A stretch of DNA of 64,000 nt from an uncultured Gammaproteobacteria bacterium (GTDB lineage: Bacteria; Patescibacteriota; Microgenomatia; UBA10105; UBA927), in the NCBI GenBank assembly GCA_964629685.1, contig CAZVTT010000001.1, positions 769,319 through 833,318 of the forward strand. Direction: 5' to 3'. The notes under the pieces are model-generated. The model was not told the DNA's origin, made no database searches, and worked only from the letters and a program-made list of their open reading frames with translations. This document shows positions 28,948-41,025 of the stretch, piece by piece. Both the position numbers and the translations under genes were made by a program. Position 1 is the stretch's first letter. The number at the start of each line of letters is the position of its first letter.

Positions 28948-29970
28948 ATGGAGTTACCACAAATCTCGGTTGTTATTCCGACATTAAACGCAGAGAGCGT
29001 ATTGTTAGGTTGCTTAACTACCGTCAGAGCGCAGGATTATCCACAGAATAGAATTGAAATTATCATTGCCGACGGCGGTTCCCGGGATAATACAGTGTCT
29101 ATTGCTAAAAAATTTAAAGCTACAGTCATTTCAAACCCCCAAAAGACATCTGAATCAGGTAAGGCACGTGGAATTAGAAAAGCGAAAGGCGAATTAGTAT
29201 TGCTTATCGATTCGGATAATTTACTAGAAGGAACGGATTGGCTACGGAAAATGATAGTACCGTTCCGGGACAAAAATATTGCAGGCAGCGAGCCGATTCG
29301 ATTCACGCATAGACCCAGTGATTCCTATATAAACAGATATTGTGCCTTGATTGGTGCGAATGATCCTTTTTGTATGTTTTTAGGAAATTACGATAGATAT
29401 AATTATGCGACGGGAAATTGGACTGAAGTACCACTGCATATTGAACCGCAAAAAGGATATTTAAAGATATCCGCTGCTGCTCACCGTTTTATAACTATGG
29501 GTGCGAATGGTTTTTTGGCTAGACGTAAGGTATTACTGCCTTATGTTACCGGAGACTATTACTTTGATATAGACGTGACAAAAGATCTGGCACTGCACAA
29601 AAAAGCTCATTTTGCTAAGGTGGAAGTGGGAATAATTCACTTGTATGCCTCGTCTTATTCCGTATTTGTTAAGAAGCAGACTCGGCGGGTTAAGGATTTT
29701 CTGTTTTTTCAAAGTCAGCGGAATTATGCTGCGTATATGTTTCAGGAAAAAACGGATATTCCGAAATTCAGCTTTTTCAAATTTATTTTTTCCTGTCTGC
29801 TTTTATTCCCCTTGGTTTGGCAGGCAGTAGTCGGTTATTTTCGTAAGCCGGATGTCGCTTGGCTATTTCATATACCTGCCTGTCTCACTACATTATGCAT
29901 ATATGGCATAAACGTGGGGGCGTATTTATTGTTTTCCAAAAGTACATTTATGGAGCGGCATAATTGGTAA
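28948..29970 (+). CDS. GT2 glycosyltransferase with C-terminal TM helices
   Basis: SVVIPTLNA, ADGGSRD, IDSDN, GANGF. Confidence 0.88.
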   Translation: MELPQISVVIPTLNAESVLLGCLTTVRAQDYPQNRIEIIIADGGSRDNTVSIAKKFKATVISNPQKTSESGKARGIRKAKGELVLLIDSDNLLEGTDWLRKMIVPFRDKNIAGSEPIRFTHRPSDSYINRYCALIGANDPFCMFLGNYDRYNYATGNWTEVPLHIEPQKGYLKISAAAHRFITMGANGFLARRKVLLPYVTGDYYFDIDVTKDLALHKKAHFAKVEVGIIHLYASSYSVFVKKQTRRVKDFLFFQSQRNYAAYMFQEKTDIPKFSFFKFIFSCLLLFPLVWQAVVGYFRKPDVAWLFHIPACLTTLCIYGINVGAYLLFSKSTFMERHNW

Positions 29971-29975
29971 ATTAT

Positions 29976-30479
29976 ATGTTGAAATTGCTTATTCAGATAT
30001 ACAACTGGTACGCATTTACCTGTGCCAAAATACGGGCATCATTTTGGGAATTGTTTGTACAGAAAATGGGAAAAGACGTCTGGATTATGCCTCACTGCAG
30101 TATTACTTCTCCTAAAGGTATTGAAATAGGCAATAATGTGCTGGTGGGTAATTATGTCAGTCTTTGCGGGCAGGGAGGCATTAGTATCGGAAATAATGTC
30201 ATGATCGGTGCCTTCAGTCAAATAATGTCAGTAACTCATTCATATCAAGGTCGACAACCCATATACTTTCAACCAATCAGGAAAGAAAAAATTCTAATCG
30301 GTAGTGATGTATGGATTGGCACTCATGTGACTATCCTTCCCGGTATAAAAATAGGAGACGGATCAGTCGTCGGCGCCAACTCAGTTGTTACACACAACGT
30401 GCCGCCGTTTACCGTTGTGGGCGGGGTTCCGGCAAGGTATATTAAGAAACGATTTACCATTAAGAAAAAAAATGAATAA
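29976..30479 (+). CDS. LbH hexapeptide O-acetyltransferase (maltose/galactoside acetyltransferase-like)
   Basis: IGNNV repeats, IGSDVWIG..ILPG..IGDGSVVGANSVVT..VVGGVPA. Confidence 0.9.
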   Translation: MLKLLIQIYNWYAFTCAKIRASFWELFVQKMGKDVWIMPHCSITSPKGIEIGNNVLVGNYVSLCGQGGISIGNNVMIGAFSQIMSVTHSYQGRQPIYFQPIRKEKILIGSDVWIGTHVTILPGIKIGDGSVVGANSVVTHNVPPFTVVGGVPARYIKKRFTIKKKNE

Positions 30480-31419
30480 GCGATATACGGATAAAAATCA
30501 GATTAATCCTTTTCTTTACATTTGTTGTCCCCTCTGTAAGGGAGATCTTCGTTTACGCGGATCGGTACTAACGTGTTCTCAGTGTGCGAAATCATATAGG
30601 AAAAAAGATGGAATTTATCTATTACTTCCCGATCAATCAGCGGAGCTGGAGCTAACGATAGAAAAATGGGACCGGATCTATCAACTTCAGTTAAAAAATA
30701 AGACGTATCTGCGTGAGCAGCAATCATACCTGAATCTCTATGCGGAAGATACAAAAAGGCAATTATGTGAGGTAAAAACTTTTACCCGTAGCGTCTACTT
30801 GGAAATTGGGTGCGGTCCGTTTTTCTTAGGACAAGAGATTGCAGATCAGACGAAAGTCATAATCGGAATAGATATATGTCCAGGCGCGTTACAGATAGCA
30901 AAAACGATGCTGGAAAAAAGGGGAATCCGGAATGCGATTCTTATACAGGGAGATATTTTGGCATTGCCTTTAAAGCGAGATAGTGTTGATCTCATATATG
31001 GCGGAGGCGTAATAGAACATTTTCCTGATACACAACAATGTGTAAATGAATTACATCGTGTACTGCGTCCCAAAGGTGTAAGTTTTAACACCGTACCTTA
31101 TCTGAATTTGGGATCGTTAACCTATAGACAAGTTTGGGGGAATATCCCGAACTTGCCGGTTCTAAGGCAAATTGCCGAATTCGTGCATATTAATTTGTTG
31201 GGTGCAAAGCATATGATTTTTGGGTTTGAAATGTCGTTTACGAAAGGAATGCTTCGTCGAATTCATGAACGTGCCGGGTTTAAGAAAGTCGCTATTTCCC
31301 GGTTTGATGTGGCATTGGTTTTTGAATTTGTACCGGTGATACTCCGAAGGCCATTGCGGTATTTGGCGAAAAATTCTGCTCTGTTTTGGCCGATGGTAAA
31401 AGTAATTGCTACAAAATAA
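30472..31419 (+). CDS. class I SAM methyltransferase with Trm112-like Zn-finger N-terminus
   Basis: CPLCKGDL..CSQC..Y..DGI, LEIGCG, GVIEHF, RVLRPKG; start at ATG 30472. Confidence 0.85.
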   Translation: MNKRYTDKNQINPFLYICCPLCKGDLRLRGSVLTCSQCAKSYRKKDGIYLLLPDQSAELELTIEKWDRIYQLQLKNKTYLREQQSYLNLYAEDTKRQLCEVKTFTRSVYLEIGCGPFFLGQEIADQTKVIIGIDICPGALQIAKTMLEKRGIRNAILIQGDILALPLKRDSVDLIYGGGVIEHFPDTQQCVNELHRVLRPKGVSFNTVPYLNLGSLTYRQVWGNIPNLPVLRQIAEFVHINLLGAKHMIFGFEMSFTKGMLRRIHERAGFKKVAISRFDVALVFEFVPVILRRPLRYLAKNSALFWPMVKVIATK

Positions 31420-31473
31420 TAACAGTGTGGATTTCATTTGAATGTATACTTGTCCAAACGTACTGGATCGGTT

Positions 31474-32637
31474 ATGAAAAAACAATTACGCGTATTACAG
31501 ATTGGACATGTAAAAGTTCCGGGGGTAGTTCAGGATTTAAAGCAGTATCTCATACAGTCTTATTCGGATGTTTCTACATTTGAGCATCCGTTTTCAACTA
31601 TTATCGAGCTGAATAAGACTACTGCTTCCTTATATGAGAAATATATTCAAGGGCGACTAGTTGAAAGGAAAAATAGCTTTGCACCTGTGGGAAGTGAATT
31701 GTTCTTCTGGCTAAGAGATGTTCTGTGGACCTGGTGGGAAGTGTGGCGATGTGGGAATTCGTATGATGTGGGAATAGGAATGGATTGCCTGAATGCTTCT
31801 ACCGTACTTGTTTTAAAATTTTTGGGGAAAGTAAACTATGTGGTGTACTATACGGTAGATGTAACTGATAAAAGGTTTTCAAATCCGATACTTAGTTGGT
31901 TATATTTACAAATGGACAAAAGGTGCTGCCAGTTTGCCGATGAAGTATGGGATATCAGTCCGGCGGTGCAGCCGCTTCGAGAAAAGTACGGGTACGGATC
32001 ATTTCCGAAAATTACCCGGATTGTTCCCATCGGTGTATATCCTGAGGAATATAAACGGAATTCCCAGCGCAAATTTCAGGATTCTACCATAGTATATTTA
32101 GGTTCTTTATTCTCGATTATGGGAATTCAGCTTGCGATTCGAGCGATGCCGTTAATCTTGAGGCGTATACCCAAAGCCCGTTTACGAATTATCGGTAAAG
32201 GAAACTATGAACAGTCACTACGGGAATTAGTAGGAGAATTAAATTTACAACAGGTTGTCTCGTTCGAATATTATCCTACGAGGAAAGAAAATATCAGAAA
32301 GTTATTCTCTTCGACTATCGGGATTGCTCCGTATACGTATGACCAGGAGTCATATAAGTTTTATTGTGACCCAACCAAAGTCAAGGAATATTTTGCTGCA
32401 GGATTACCAGTAGTGATTACTGACGTTCCGGATGTTAGTAAGGTTATTGCAACAACACCTATGGGTATTCGTGTGCGGTATGATGAACATGAGTTTGCTG
32501 AAGGAGTTATTGCGTTATTACGTGATAAGGGTTTTTATTCGTTATGTCGTAAAAATATTAAAGTATACATCCGTAATTATTCTTGGACTGAAATTTTTAG
32601 GTCGGCATTTGTAGGAATAGAAAACCGTTTCTTATGA
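31474..32637 (+). CDS. GT4 glycosyltransferase
   Basis: IVYLGSL, IIGKG, DPTKVKEYFAAGLPVV; start uncertain (TTG 31438 or ATG 31474). Confidence 0.85.
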   Translation: MKKQLRVLQIGHVKVPGVVQDLKQYLIQSYSDVSTFEHPFSTIIELNKTTASLYEKYIQGRLVERKNSFAPVGSELFFWLRDVLWTWWEVWRCGNSYDVGIGMDCLNASTVLVLKFLGKVNYVVYYTVDVTDKRFSNPILSWLYLQMDKRCCQFADEVWDISPAVQPLREKYGYGSFPKITRIVPIGVYPEEYKRNSQRKFQDSTIVYLGSLFSIMGIQLAIRAMPLILRRIPKARLRIIGKGNYEQSLRELVGELNLQQVVSFEYYPTRKENIRKLFSSTIGIAPYTYDQESYKFYCDPTKVKEYFAAGLPVVITDVPDVSKVIATTPMGIRVRYDEHEFAEGVIALLRDKGFYSLCRKNIKVYIRNYSWTEIFRSAFVGIENRFL

Positions 32638-35378
32638 AGCGAAATCGTATCATACTCGCTGTGTTGTTAGTCTTAACACTTCTGTCTCTTCGTGGATTTG
32701 TAACCGGAAACATTATTTTTACCACCTGGGATTTTGCTTTTCCTATGTCTTTACCTCAGGTCCAATCACAGTTGGAACGCAGCATGTCCATTATTACTGC
32801 GCAATATAGTATGGGATACGCGGATAATCAGAATCCGATTTCATTTTATTTTTGGTTATATATTTATCCGTTAATTTTTGTAGCAGCCCAACATACAGCC
32901 AAGATACTCATCGGAATAAGCTTGTTCTTATCTGGTTTATTTATGTACCGGTTATTACGGTATTTGGGAGTTGGGTTGATAATCGCGCTGGTGTTTTCTG
33001 CATACTTCATGTTCAACCCCTTTTTTTACAGCCGCATGATTGCCGGCCATTACGGTGTTATGGCGGGAGTTCCGTTTAGTGTGCTTTATGTGCACGCATT
33101 GATTGAATGGCTTAGTCCGGAAAAAAAATCGAGATATTTATTTGTTGTAATTTGTCTTGCCTTTGTTCTGTCATCATTCCATCCGATGATGATGGGAGTG
33201 ATCGGCGTTTTAACGACAGGCATCATAGCACATGCGGTGTATAACAGCAGGGAAAGACATACTGTAGTCGGTAAATCCGTGCTTTTAGGTTTGTGTGTGA
33301 TACTTATAAACGCCCATTGGTTGGTTCCTATGGGGGCAAATTATTTTCGGGACAAACCTTTTTTTCGGGGAGATTTGACTGTTGCTGAAGAGACGGTAAA
33401 CCGGATCAGTAAGGTGGAAGGTTCCGCAAATCCCATATGGTATCCGTTTTTTTTCTATAACAGAACCGGTTTAGATACGGAGTATGTGTATCCTGTACAT
33501 TCTAAGAAATTATGGTTTGGTGCGCAGATATTGCTGGCGGGAATGGCAGTCTTAGGAATAGTACGGAAGAAAAAAAGAGAATATACGATATTATTTACAG
33601 GTTTGTTCCTGACCGGCATGGCTTTAACCTCCGGAATGGGGAATCCTGTGGGTACGTGGCTGTACACATATATACTTTCAAATCTGGGTCCGGTTTTTTT
33701 CGAATTTTCCAATAGTAACCGATTTTTACTGCTACCTATCATAGGGGGTAGCATATTTATGGCCTTGGGTGTCGATGGTTTATTGCGGAAATATCAGTCA
33801 CGGGCTACGCTGATAGCGATAGTTGCTATTTTATGTGTTGGTATACGGGTATTTAGTTATTTCGATAATAGTCTATTCATAAAGCAAAACGATTTGACAA
33901 CGCCGTACTCATATTTTACCGAACCTTTCGGTGCTGATGAAGAATATATATTGGGTTTATTTAACGAAAAATCTGAGTACCGTAAGGCGCTTGCTCCACC
34001 ATTCCAGATATCGCCCGTAGGTATCGGACAAATAAACTACGGCACAATGTCCGGTGTCTCGTTTATTAACGATTTTTTTAACGGATACGCTTCAGAAAAT
34101 CCTTTTCAGCACTTCGTGATTTCCGCATTTGCTTCTCCGCAAGTACCTTCACAGCGATTGGATTTGGCGCTCAGTTTGGCAAACGTTTCTGAACTCTATT
34201 TCCCGACGTACAATAAATATTATTACTTTTTGGACTTTGGACAATATAAAAATGCGAGTAATAAGGAAACTCTTTATGAAAGTAACTCCTCCTTTGAACG
34301 CACTTTATCGATGCAAACCGTTTTGGCGCCGAATCCGTTAAGAAGTAAGCCAAACGTGATCAACGTTTATCAAAACCCAAAGGTACAACCAAGAATTCAG
34401 GGTATTTCTAGTTCATACCTTCTCGGTGGTTCGTATGATTTGTTGTTCCCCGTCATGCAGGATGAACGGTTTAGCTTAGCCAATTCTACCGTTATGTTTG
34501 CCCGTTTAACAGGCAAGCAGGGCTTACTTTCCAGTACTGATGTAGTCCTTCCGGATTCGAATACTGATGAATTGTTATACGTCTTACTTGACCCGCTGGA
34601 TATTCCTCAAATTATGTTGGAACCGCGCCGACAAATTAAGAATTACTACCGTGGAGAGTATGTATTAGCTGCAATACCGGGCAAGCGAAAGGGCATTGTA
34701 CTGGAGGATGGATCTTACGAGATTCAGCTTTCTCAAAATACTGAAGCTGCTGTGGCATTATTGCATATAGCAACGACATCTGCGGTGGTAAAAATTAACG
34801 GAATTACCGTATGTCAGGGAACAAAAGAGTGTAGCCCGTATCATCAGTTACCGTTGGGCAGTACCTCATCAGCGACGTTAACGGTACATGGAGGAAGACT
34901 CTATTTGTCCGATTTATTTATCACCGGTGCAAACCGGTTAAAGGAGAAGAAAACCGAGCTACAGTCATATTTAAACGGAAAACATATACATATAGTGGAG
35001 ACTAATACCCAGACAGTCCGTTGGGCCACCGAACGGGGTGGTAGTCCCATACTGCAACCTGTTAGGTTTACCAGGTTGACGCCGGATACCTACAGCGCAA
35101 ATATTCCTGCCGGTTTATCTATGCTTTATTTTTCACAGCAATTTGATGAAGATTGGGTTATTGAAGGATATCCCACGGTAATGAAATTACCGGCAGGTGC
35201 GGACGGCATGCTATTTATCCTAAACGGAATTGTAGGACAAATAACAATTAAACATCATGTACAATCATACGTATATCTGGGTTATTGCATAACACTTTCT
35301 ACCTGGTTTATAGTGTGTTGTCTGCAGCTTTTTTGGACAAGGAGTCGGCATGAGAAAAACAAAGAAACGATCAGCTAA
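32634..35378 (+). CDS. large GT-C-like membrane protein (AftD/DUF3367-like N-terminus) with big extracytoplasmic region
   Basis: TWDFAFP loop, [27 protein letters not shown]; about 500 aa soluble region; C-terminal FSQQFDEDW domain plus TM. Confidence 0.65.
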   Translation: MKRNRIILAVLLVLTLLSLRGFVTGNIIFTTWDFAFPMSLPQVQSQLERSMSIITAQYSMGYADNQNPISFYFWLYIYPLIFVAAQHTAKILIGISLFLSGLFMYRLLRYLGVGLIIALVFSAYFMFNPFFYSRMIAGHYGVMAGVPFSVLYVHALIEWLSPEKKSRYLFVVICLAFVLSSFHPMMMGVIGVLTTGIIAHAVYNSRERHTVVGKSVLLGLCVILINAHWLVPMGANYFRDKPFFRGDLTVAEETVNRISKVEGSANPIWYPFFFYNRTGLDTEYVYPVHSKKLWFGAQILLAGMAVLGIVRKKKREYTILFTGLFLTGMALTSGMGNPVGTWLYTYILSNLGPVFFEFSNSNRFLLLPIIGGSIFMALGVDGLLRKYQSRATLIAIVAILCVGIRVFSYFDNSLFIKQNDLTTPYSYFTEPFGADEEYILGLFNEKSEYRKALAPPFQISPVGIGQINYGTMSGVSFINDFFNGYASENPFQHFVISAFASPQVPSQRLDLALSLANVSELYFPTYNKYYYFLDFGQYKNASNKETLYESNSSFERTLSMQTVLAPNPLRSKPNVINVYQNPKVQPRIQGISSSYLLGGSYDLLFPVMQDERFSLANSTVMFARLTGKQGLLSSTDVVLPDSNTDELLYVLLDPLDIPQIMLEPRRQIKNYYRGEYVLAAIPGKRKGIVLEDGSYEIQLSQNTEAAVALLHIATTSAVVKINGITVCQGTKECSPYHQLPLGSTSSATLTVHGGRLYLSDLFITGANRLKEKKTELQSYLNGKHIHIVETNTQTVRWATERGGSPILQPVRFTRLTPDTYSANIPAGLSMLYFSQQFDEDWVIEGYPTVMKLPAGADGMLFILNGIVGQITIKHHVQSYVYLGYCITLSTWFIVCCLQLFWTRSRHEKNKETIS

Positions 35379-36423
35379 AAAAATACTGGTTACCGGTTCA
35401 GCGGGGTTAATCGGTTCGGAAGCCGTTAAATTTTTTTGTGAACGAGACCATGAAGTTATCGGAGTGGATAATAATATGCGTCAATATTTTTTCGGTAGAG
35501 AGGCGAGTACCGAATGGAATAAACAAACCCTAGAGCAACTTTATCCAAAACAATATACGCATATAAATGCCGATATTCGGGATGAACAGGCTATCTCACA
35601 AATTTTTAAGAATAACCAGTTTGATTTGGTTATTCATACTGCAGCACAACCGTCGCATGACTGGGCTGCAAAAGAGCCACTCACTGACTTTTCCGTGAAT
35701 GCCTATGCAACATTAATCGTGCTGGAACAGTACCGCAAATTTTCTCCGGAAGCTGTTTTTATTTTTACTTCGACAAATAAAGTATATGGGGACAGACCGA
35801 ACGAACTGCCATTGGTTGAACTTGCTCACCGTTATGAATTGCCAGAAGATCATACATTTTATCGTGGTATAGATGAATCGATGAGTATAGATGCCAGTAA
35901 ACACAGCGTTTTCGGTGCTTCTAAAGTAGCCGCGGATATAATGGTCCAGGAATACGGACGATACTTCGGTTTGGCGACAGGTGTATTTCGGGGTGGTTGT
36001 CTGACCGGACCTTCCCATTCGGGTACGAAGTTACATGGTTTTCTTGCGTATTTGGTGCGGTGTATTAAGCGTGGGGATGAATACACGATTATCGGATATA
36101 AAGGAAAACAGGTGCGTGATAATATTCATGCATTTGATTTGGTAAATGCGTTTTATCACTTTTATAAAAATCCCCACAACGGAGAAGTTTACAATATGGG
36201 TGGCTCGCGTCATTCAAATGTATCTATGCTTGAAGCCATCACGAAGATTGAACACATAACCGGGAAAAAGGCAAAAATAAAGTATATAGATCAAAATAGA
36301 ATCGGTGATCATATTTGGTATATTTCGGATGTTACTAAATATCAAAAACATTACCCTGACTGGAAATATAAATACACTATAGATACATTGCTTGAGGAAC
36401 TGGCGACAATGGGGCACGAATAA
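35350..36423 (+). CDS. rfbE: CDP-paratose 2-epimerase (RfbE/Tyv)-like extended SDR
   Basis: [49 protein letters not shown]; family-level call. Confidence 0.75.
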   Translation: MRKTKKRSAKKILVTGSAGLIGSEAVKFFCERDHEVIGVDNNMRQYFFGREASTEWNKQTLEQLYPKQYTHINADIRDEQAISQIFKNNQFDLVIHTAAQPSHDWAAKEPLTDFSVNAYATLIVLEQYRKFSPEAVFIFTSTNKVYGDRPNELPLVELAHRYELPEDHTFYRGIDESMSIDASKHSVFGASKVAADIMVQEYGRYFGLATGVFRGGCLTGPSHSGTKLHGFLAYLVRCIKRGDEYTIIGYKGKQVRDNIHAFDLVNAFYHFYKNPHNGEVYNMGGSRHSNVSMLEAITKIEHITGKKAKIKYIDQNRIGDHIWYISDVTKYQKHYPDWKYKYTIDTLLEELATMGHE

Positions 36424-36429
36424 CGCACT

Positions 36430-37494
36430 ATGAATATAAAGCACATACTAATTACCGGGGGAGCAGGATTTATCGGTTCCAATCTTGCAGTTGCACTACG
36501 GAATTTTGATTCAGGTATTTCTGTTACGGTGATTGATAATTTAATGCGAACGGGATCGGAGTTAAATATTCCCAGGCTACGGAATGCCGGTGTAACATTT
36601 GTCCATGGTGACGTGCGTAACCCTGAGGATTTAGAAATTTCCGAAATTGACCTTATTATTGAGTGTTCTGCTGAACCTTCGGTTACCGCCGGGCTGGATG
36701 GCAGTCCGGAATATGTGATTAATACCAACTTAGTCGGCGCGTTAAACTGTTTTGAGTTAGCGCGCAGACATCGGGCGGCAGTTATTTTCCTATCGACAAG
36801 CAGAGTTTATCCCATCGCGCTATTAAATAATCTTGTTGTTTCCGAAGGACCGACCCGATTTGAACTTGCCGATAGGCAGGAGTTAGCAGGAGTATCAGGA
36901 AACGGTTTAACAGAAGATTTTCCCATGCACGGGGTTCGTTCTATTTATGGAGCGACAAAATATGCCGCTGAATTATTACTGCAGGAGTATTTATCTGCAT
37001 ACAATCTGAAGGGAATAGTAAACAGATTCGGTGTTATCAGCGGGCCGTATCAAATGGGAAAAGTCGATCAGGGCGTAGGAGCATTATGGATGGCTGCCCA
37101 TGTATTCGGAAAGCAGTTAACATACTTTGGTTTTGGGGGTAATGGTAAACAAGTGCGCGATATACTTCACATAAACGATCTCATTACTTTAATTATTACG
37201 GAAATAGAGCATCTGGATGAAATTTCCGGTAATGTTTTTGTCGCGGGTGGCGGAAAAGAAAATGCGGTTTCGTTATGTGAATTAACCGGTCTATGTCAGC
37301 AGATTTCCGGAAAGAAAATCAAAGTAGTCTCTAAAAACGAAGTAAGAAAAGCCGATATAAAAGTATATATCTCGGATAATACCAAAATAACTAAAACACT
37401 TGGATGGAAACCACACCATACAGTGAAGTCAATACTCACGGATATTCATTCGTGGATGATGCAAGAATATAAGATCCTGCAGCCATACTTCTGA
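36430..37494 (+). CDS. second RfbE-like extended SDR epimerase
   Basis: TGGAGFIG, SAEPSV, STSRVY, YGATK, QMGKVDQG, GKQVRDILH. Confidence 0.75.
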   Translation: MNIKHILITGGAGFIGSNLAVALRNFDSGISVTVIDNLMRTGSELNIPRLRNAGVTFVHGDVRNPEDLEISEIDLIIECSAEPSVTAGLDGSPEYVINTNLVGALNCFELARRHRAAVIFLSTSRVYPIALLNNLVVSEGPTRFELADRQELAGVSGNGLTEDFPMHGVRSIYGATKYAAELLLQEYLSAYNLKGIVNRFGVISGPYQMGKVDQGVGALWMAAHVFGKQLTYFGFGGNGKQVRDILHINDLITLIITEIEHLDEISGNVFVAGGGKENAVSLCELTGLCQQISGKKIKVVSKNEVRKADIKVYISDNTKITKTLGWKPHHTVKSILTDIHSWMMQEYKILQPYF

Positions 37495-37524
37495 AATGGT
37501 ATTCGTCGGGAAAGTATATTATCT

Positions 37525-38712
37525 ATGAATATATTGGTTGTTGGATTCGGTCATACTTCTAAAACCGCTACTCCCACCCGCGCCAGAAGCGGTGGTGAGA
37601 CGAAACTGTTAAACATGCTACCTGTTTGGCAACGGCTTTCACAAAATCACTTGACGTTCTTAACATCAAACGCATATGCGTGCATCCTGAGGAACGAAAT
37701 TCCCGGAATTTGTACGTTGGAGTTACATAAAATATTTGATCAGAGTAAATTGGGATTTGCCTGGCTATCACTAAAAAGAATTACAGCGGTTTGGTCTGTT
37801 CGGTTATCCGAAAAGCCGGATATTATATATTGTTCTTCAGATCTTTTTTTTGACGTAATACCAAGTGTCCTAGTTAAACGATGCAATCCTAAAGCGAAAT
37901 TGATTTCCTGTGTTTTTCTAGTATCCGCTACTCCATGGCGTGCATTCCAAACTGCAGGATCGTTGCTTTCAGCTGTTAAAGCTTGGGCATTTTATTTATT
38001 ACAAATAATAAGTTTTCTATTTCTTCGTCTCTCTGCCGACGGTATTCTTGTCCTGAATGAACTCGATAAACAGTCGTTAATTCAGCGTGGCTTTCCTGCT
38101 GAAAAAATTTTTATTACCAGTGGCGGTGTGGATATCCGGGAAATAAAATTACAATCTGCAACTCCAAAGCGGTATGATGCGGTGTTCCTCGGTAGGTTCC
38201 ACCCACAAAAAGGGATTGCCGATCTTCCGGAAATTTGGAGAGCGGTCTGTCATAAACTTCCGGGAAAAAAGCTATTAGTCTGTGGTGGTGGAGATGAGCG
38301 AATGCAGAAAATACTGGGACAACAAATCCAGGATTATGGCTTGAACGCCGTTATTACGGTAAAATCTCAGCTTTCCAGAAAGGAAGTAGTGGATTGTTTG
38401 CATTCGGCAAGAGTGTTCGTATTTCCGAGTCATCATGAAAGTTGGGGATTTGTTGTTGCAGAAGCTATGGCTTGTGGGTTGCCTGTCGTCGCGTATATGT
38501 TGCCGTATATGAAGTCGGTATTTACTTCCGGTATCCGATCCGTGCCGTGTTACGATAGAGAAAAATTTGCAGAGGCAATTTGTTCTTTATTATCCGACTC
38601 AACGGAGTATAAACGCATGAGTGCTGCAGCGATTAATCAGGCAAAACGATATGATTGGAATCATGTGGCGCAACGGGAATATGGATTATTCGGGGATATA
38701 CTGAAAACATGA
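37525..38712 (+). CDS. GT4 glycosyltransferase
   Basis: GGE, LGRFHPQKG, PSHHESWGFVVAEAMACGLPV. Confidence 0.9.
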   Translation: MNILVVGFGHTSKTATPTRARSGGETKLLNMLPVWQRLSQNHLTFLTSNAYACILRNEIPGICTLELHKIFDQSKLGFAWLSLKRITAVWSVRLSEKPDIIYCSSDLFFDVIPSVLVKRCNPKAKLISCVFLVSATPWRAFQTAGSLLSAVKAWAFYLLQIISFLFLRLSADGILVLNELDKQSLIQRGFPAEKIFITSGGVDIREIKLQSATPKRYDAVFLGRFHPQKGIADLPEIWRAVCHKLPGKKLLVCGGGDERMQKILGQQIQDYGLNAVITVKSQLSRKEVVDCLHSARVFVFPSHHESWGFVVAEAMACGLPVVAYMLPYMKSVFTSGIRSVPCYDREKFAEAICSLLSDSTEYKRMSAAAINQAKRYDWNHVAQREYGLFGDILKT

Positions 38713-39869
38713 GAATACTTTATATAACCTCCGGTTCGGAGAATGTAGGAACATACTTTCGGGCATTGTTTTGGGCAAAGTATATAGCATCAACCGGAAA
38801 TCAGGTTACGCTTATATCCGGACATGAAGGTCCTTCTTTTAAGCTAAGCGTGTCGAAAATTCGGGATGGTATACATATTGTTACGTTTATTAAAACCGGG
38901 CTGAAATGGGATTATTTTGGTTATCTATTGCGAAGTGTGCTTATCTTTTTATATGTACTTACGCATGACTTTGAAGTGATCCATGTATTTGTCGGCTGGC
39001 AGCCGCCATCGTTTGCGGCTATTTGTGCTACATATTTGAAGCGTTTATTCGGATACAAAATAAAATTACTCTGTGACTGGGATGATCTCTGGGGAGGACC
39101 ATCCGGGATTGTTCATGAACACGGTACGTTGATCTCAGCATTGGCGACGAAGTTGGAATATTTGATACCAAAACTTGCGGATAGGATAACGGTGTGCAGT
39201 AATTTCTTGTTTTGTTATGCTGTGAACTCGGGAATACCCGAAGGTAAAATTAGTATCGTATACAACGGTTCAAACGTCGATGCCATCAAACCATTATCAA
39301 AGTTAAATTCACGGAAAAAATTGGGAATTTCCGGAAACGGAAAACTGATAGTGTATATTGGACAATACCAGTCACCTATTGTAGGTATCATGCTGCGTTA
39401 TATGAAGTCATTTTTACATGCGCACAAAGACGTACGTTTCTATATACTCGGTAGTTTATCAACAGTTTATCAGCGGGAGCTACGTGATTTACCAGCAGTT
39501 TCATATCTCGGTAAAGTACCACATATTGAATTATCTTTGTACTTTTCCGCTGCGGATATCCTGTTATTGCCGATGGCGGATTCCGATGCTGAACGCGCCA
39601 GATTCCCCATTCGCTTCGGGGATTATTTAGCATCCGGTACCCCCATGTTGGTATCGCCTCAGGGAGAGGTGGCAAAATTAATTAGTGAAAATAAGCTGGC
39701 ATATACGGTTGATTTTACCGATGAATATAGTTTTAAGAACGTATTAGCGAAAGTGCTGTCGGATCCAAAAAGGGGACAAGTGGGTGCACGTGCCAGAGAT
39801 TTTGCGGAACGCAAGCTCTCTTGGAAACATATCGCACAGCAGTTAATAATCCTGTATGAAACAAATTAA
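38709..39869 (+). CDS. GT4 glycosyltransferase
   Basis: DWDDLW, ARFPIRFGDYLASGTP; ATGA overlap sets the start at 38709. Confidence 0.85.
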   Translation: MRILYITSGSENVGTYFRALFWAKYIASTGNQVTLISGHEGPSFKLSVSKIRDGIHIVTFIKTGLKWDYFGYLLRSVLIFLYVLTHDFEVIHVFVGWQPPSFAAICATYLKRLFGYKIKLLCDWDDLWGGPSGIVHEHGTLISALATKLEYLIPKLADRITVCSNFLFCYAVNSGIPEGKISIVYNGSNVDAIKPLSKLNSRKKLGISGNGKLIVYIGQYQSPIVGIMLRYMKSFLHAHKDVRFYILGSLSTVYQRELRDLPAVSYLGKVPHIELSLYFSAADILLLPMADSDAERARFPIRFGDYLASGTPMLVSPQGEVAKLISENKLAYTVDFTDEYSFKNVLAKVLSDPKRGQVGARARDFAERKLSWKHIAQQLIILYETN

Positions 39870-41025
39870 ACCGGTCGTAATGATCGTAACTCCTTTTTTT
39901 AGTCCCAATGTGGGAGGAGTGGAAACACACCTTGATGATTTAGTTGATGTATTAAACGTCAAACACATTCATTCCGTCGTTTCCACCTATTCTCCGTTAA
40001 CAACGGTTATAGCATTCAAACAGAAGGAACAGCGTGAGCTGTGTACCATTTATCGTCTACAGTGGATAGGTAGAAATATATTTCATGCGATAGAACATAA
40101 TCCGTTATTTGCAATGCTATATTTATTCCCGGGTCTGTTTATTCAAACAGTCCTTTTATTAATGAAACATCCGGAAGTTACGGTACTGCATGCACAGGGT
40201 TTCGTGGCAGCTCTTGTCGTTAAGTGCTGCAGTGTCTTTTTCCGTAAGCGGACGGTTATGAGTACACATGCTCTGTACACGCTACCCCAAAAGAAGCTTT
40301 TGGCGGGAGTATTTACATGGATTCTCTCGGGTTTTGATGTAGTACTAACATTATCCAAGGCATCTACAGATGAGTTGGTCCATGGAGGTATCCCTGCGAA
40401 TAAGATTAAACGGTATACCTATTGGGTAAATCAGAACATATTTAAACCCGGAGATAGTTTGGTGTCAAAACGGAATTTGGGTATATCGCACTCGAAACTG
40501 ATTCTATTCATGGGTCGACTTTTACGGAAGAAAGGTACGGAAATAGCGCTTGAGTTGGCAACCGGTATGCAAAAACACAATTATGCGGTGGGTATAATCG
40601 GAACCGGACCCGAGGAATTGAGAATCCGTACAAGCACCCGGGAAATACCCAATCTTTTGTTTTGGGGGAGAGTAAATAATACGCAGATTGTAAAATATTT
40701 ACAGGCTGCAGATGTACTCATAGTTCCTTCCCTTTATGAAGAGGGTATGGCTCGTGTGGTTATGGAGGCACTTTCCTGCGGCATACCCGTAGCTGCTAGC
40801 AATAGAGGGTCTTTACCGGAGATGTTGACGGAGCCTAAAATTTGTCGACTGGTAGAGCCCACGGTTGCGGAGTTTACTAAAGCAGTCAAATCGCTCACTG
40901 CATTGCCGGCAGTCCAGCAGCGCATTTTGAGTCGGCGTTTTGCAGAACAGCGGTTTTCCGATAAGAATGCGGAAGTGATTTTATCAGCATACGAACATAC
41001 AAGTGTTGTAGTTAAGCATCCATGA
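39856..41025 (+). CDS. GT4 glycosyltransferase
   Basis: PNVGGVETH, GRLLRKKG, EEGMARVVMEALSCG. Confidence 0.9.
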   Translation: MKQIKPVVMIVTPFFSPNVGGVETHLDDLVDVLNVKHIHSVVSTYSPLTTVIAFKQKEQRELCTIYRLQWIGRNIFHAIEHNPLFAMLYLFPGLFIQTVLLLMKHPEVTVLHAQGFVAALVVKCCSVFFRKRTVMSTHALYTLPQKKLLAGVFTWILSGFDVVLTLSKASTDELVHGGIPANKIKRYTYWVNQNIFKPGDSLVSKRNLGISHSKLILFMGRLLRKKGTEIALELATGMQKHNYAVGIIGTGPEELRIRTSTREIPNLLFWGRVNNTQIVKYLQAADVLIVPSLYEEGMARVVMEALSCGIPVAASNRGSLPEMLTEPKICRLVEPTVAEFTKAVKSLTALPAVQQRILSRRFAEQRFSDKNAEVILSAYEHTSVVVKHP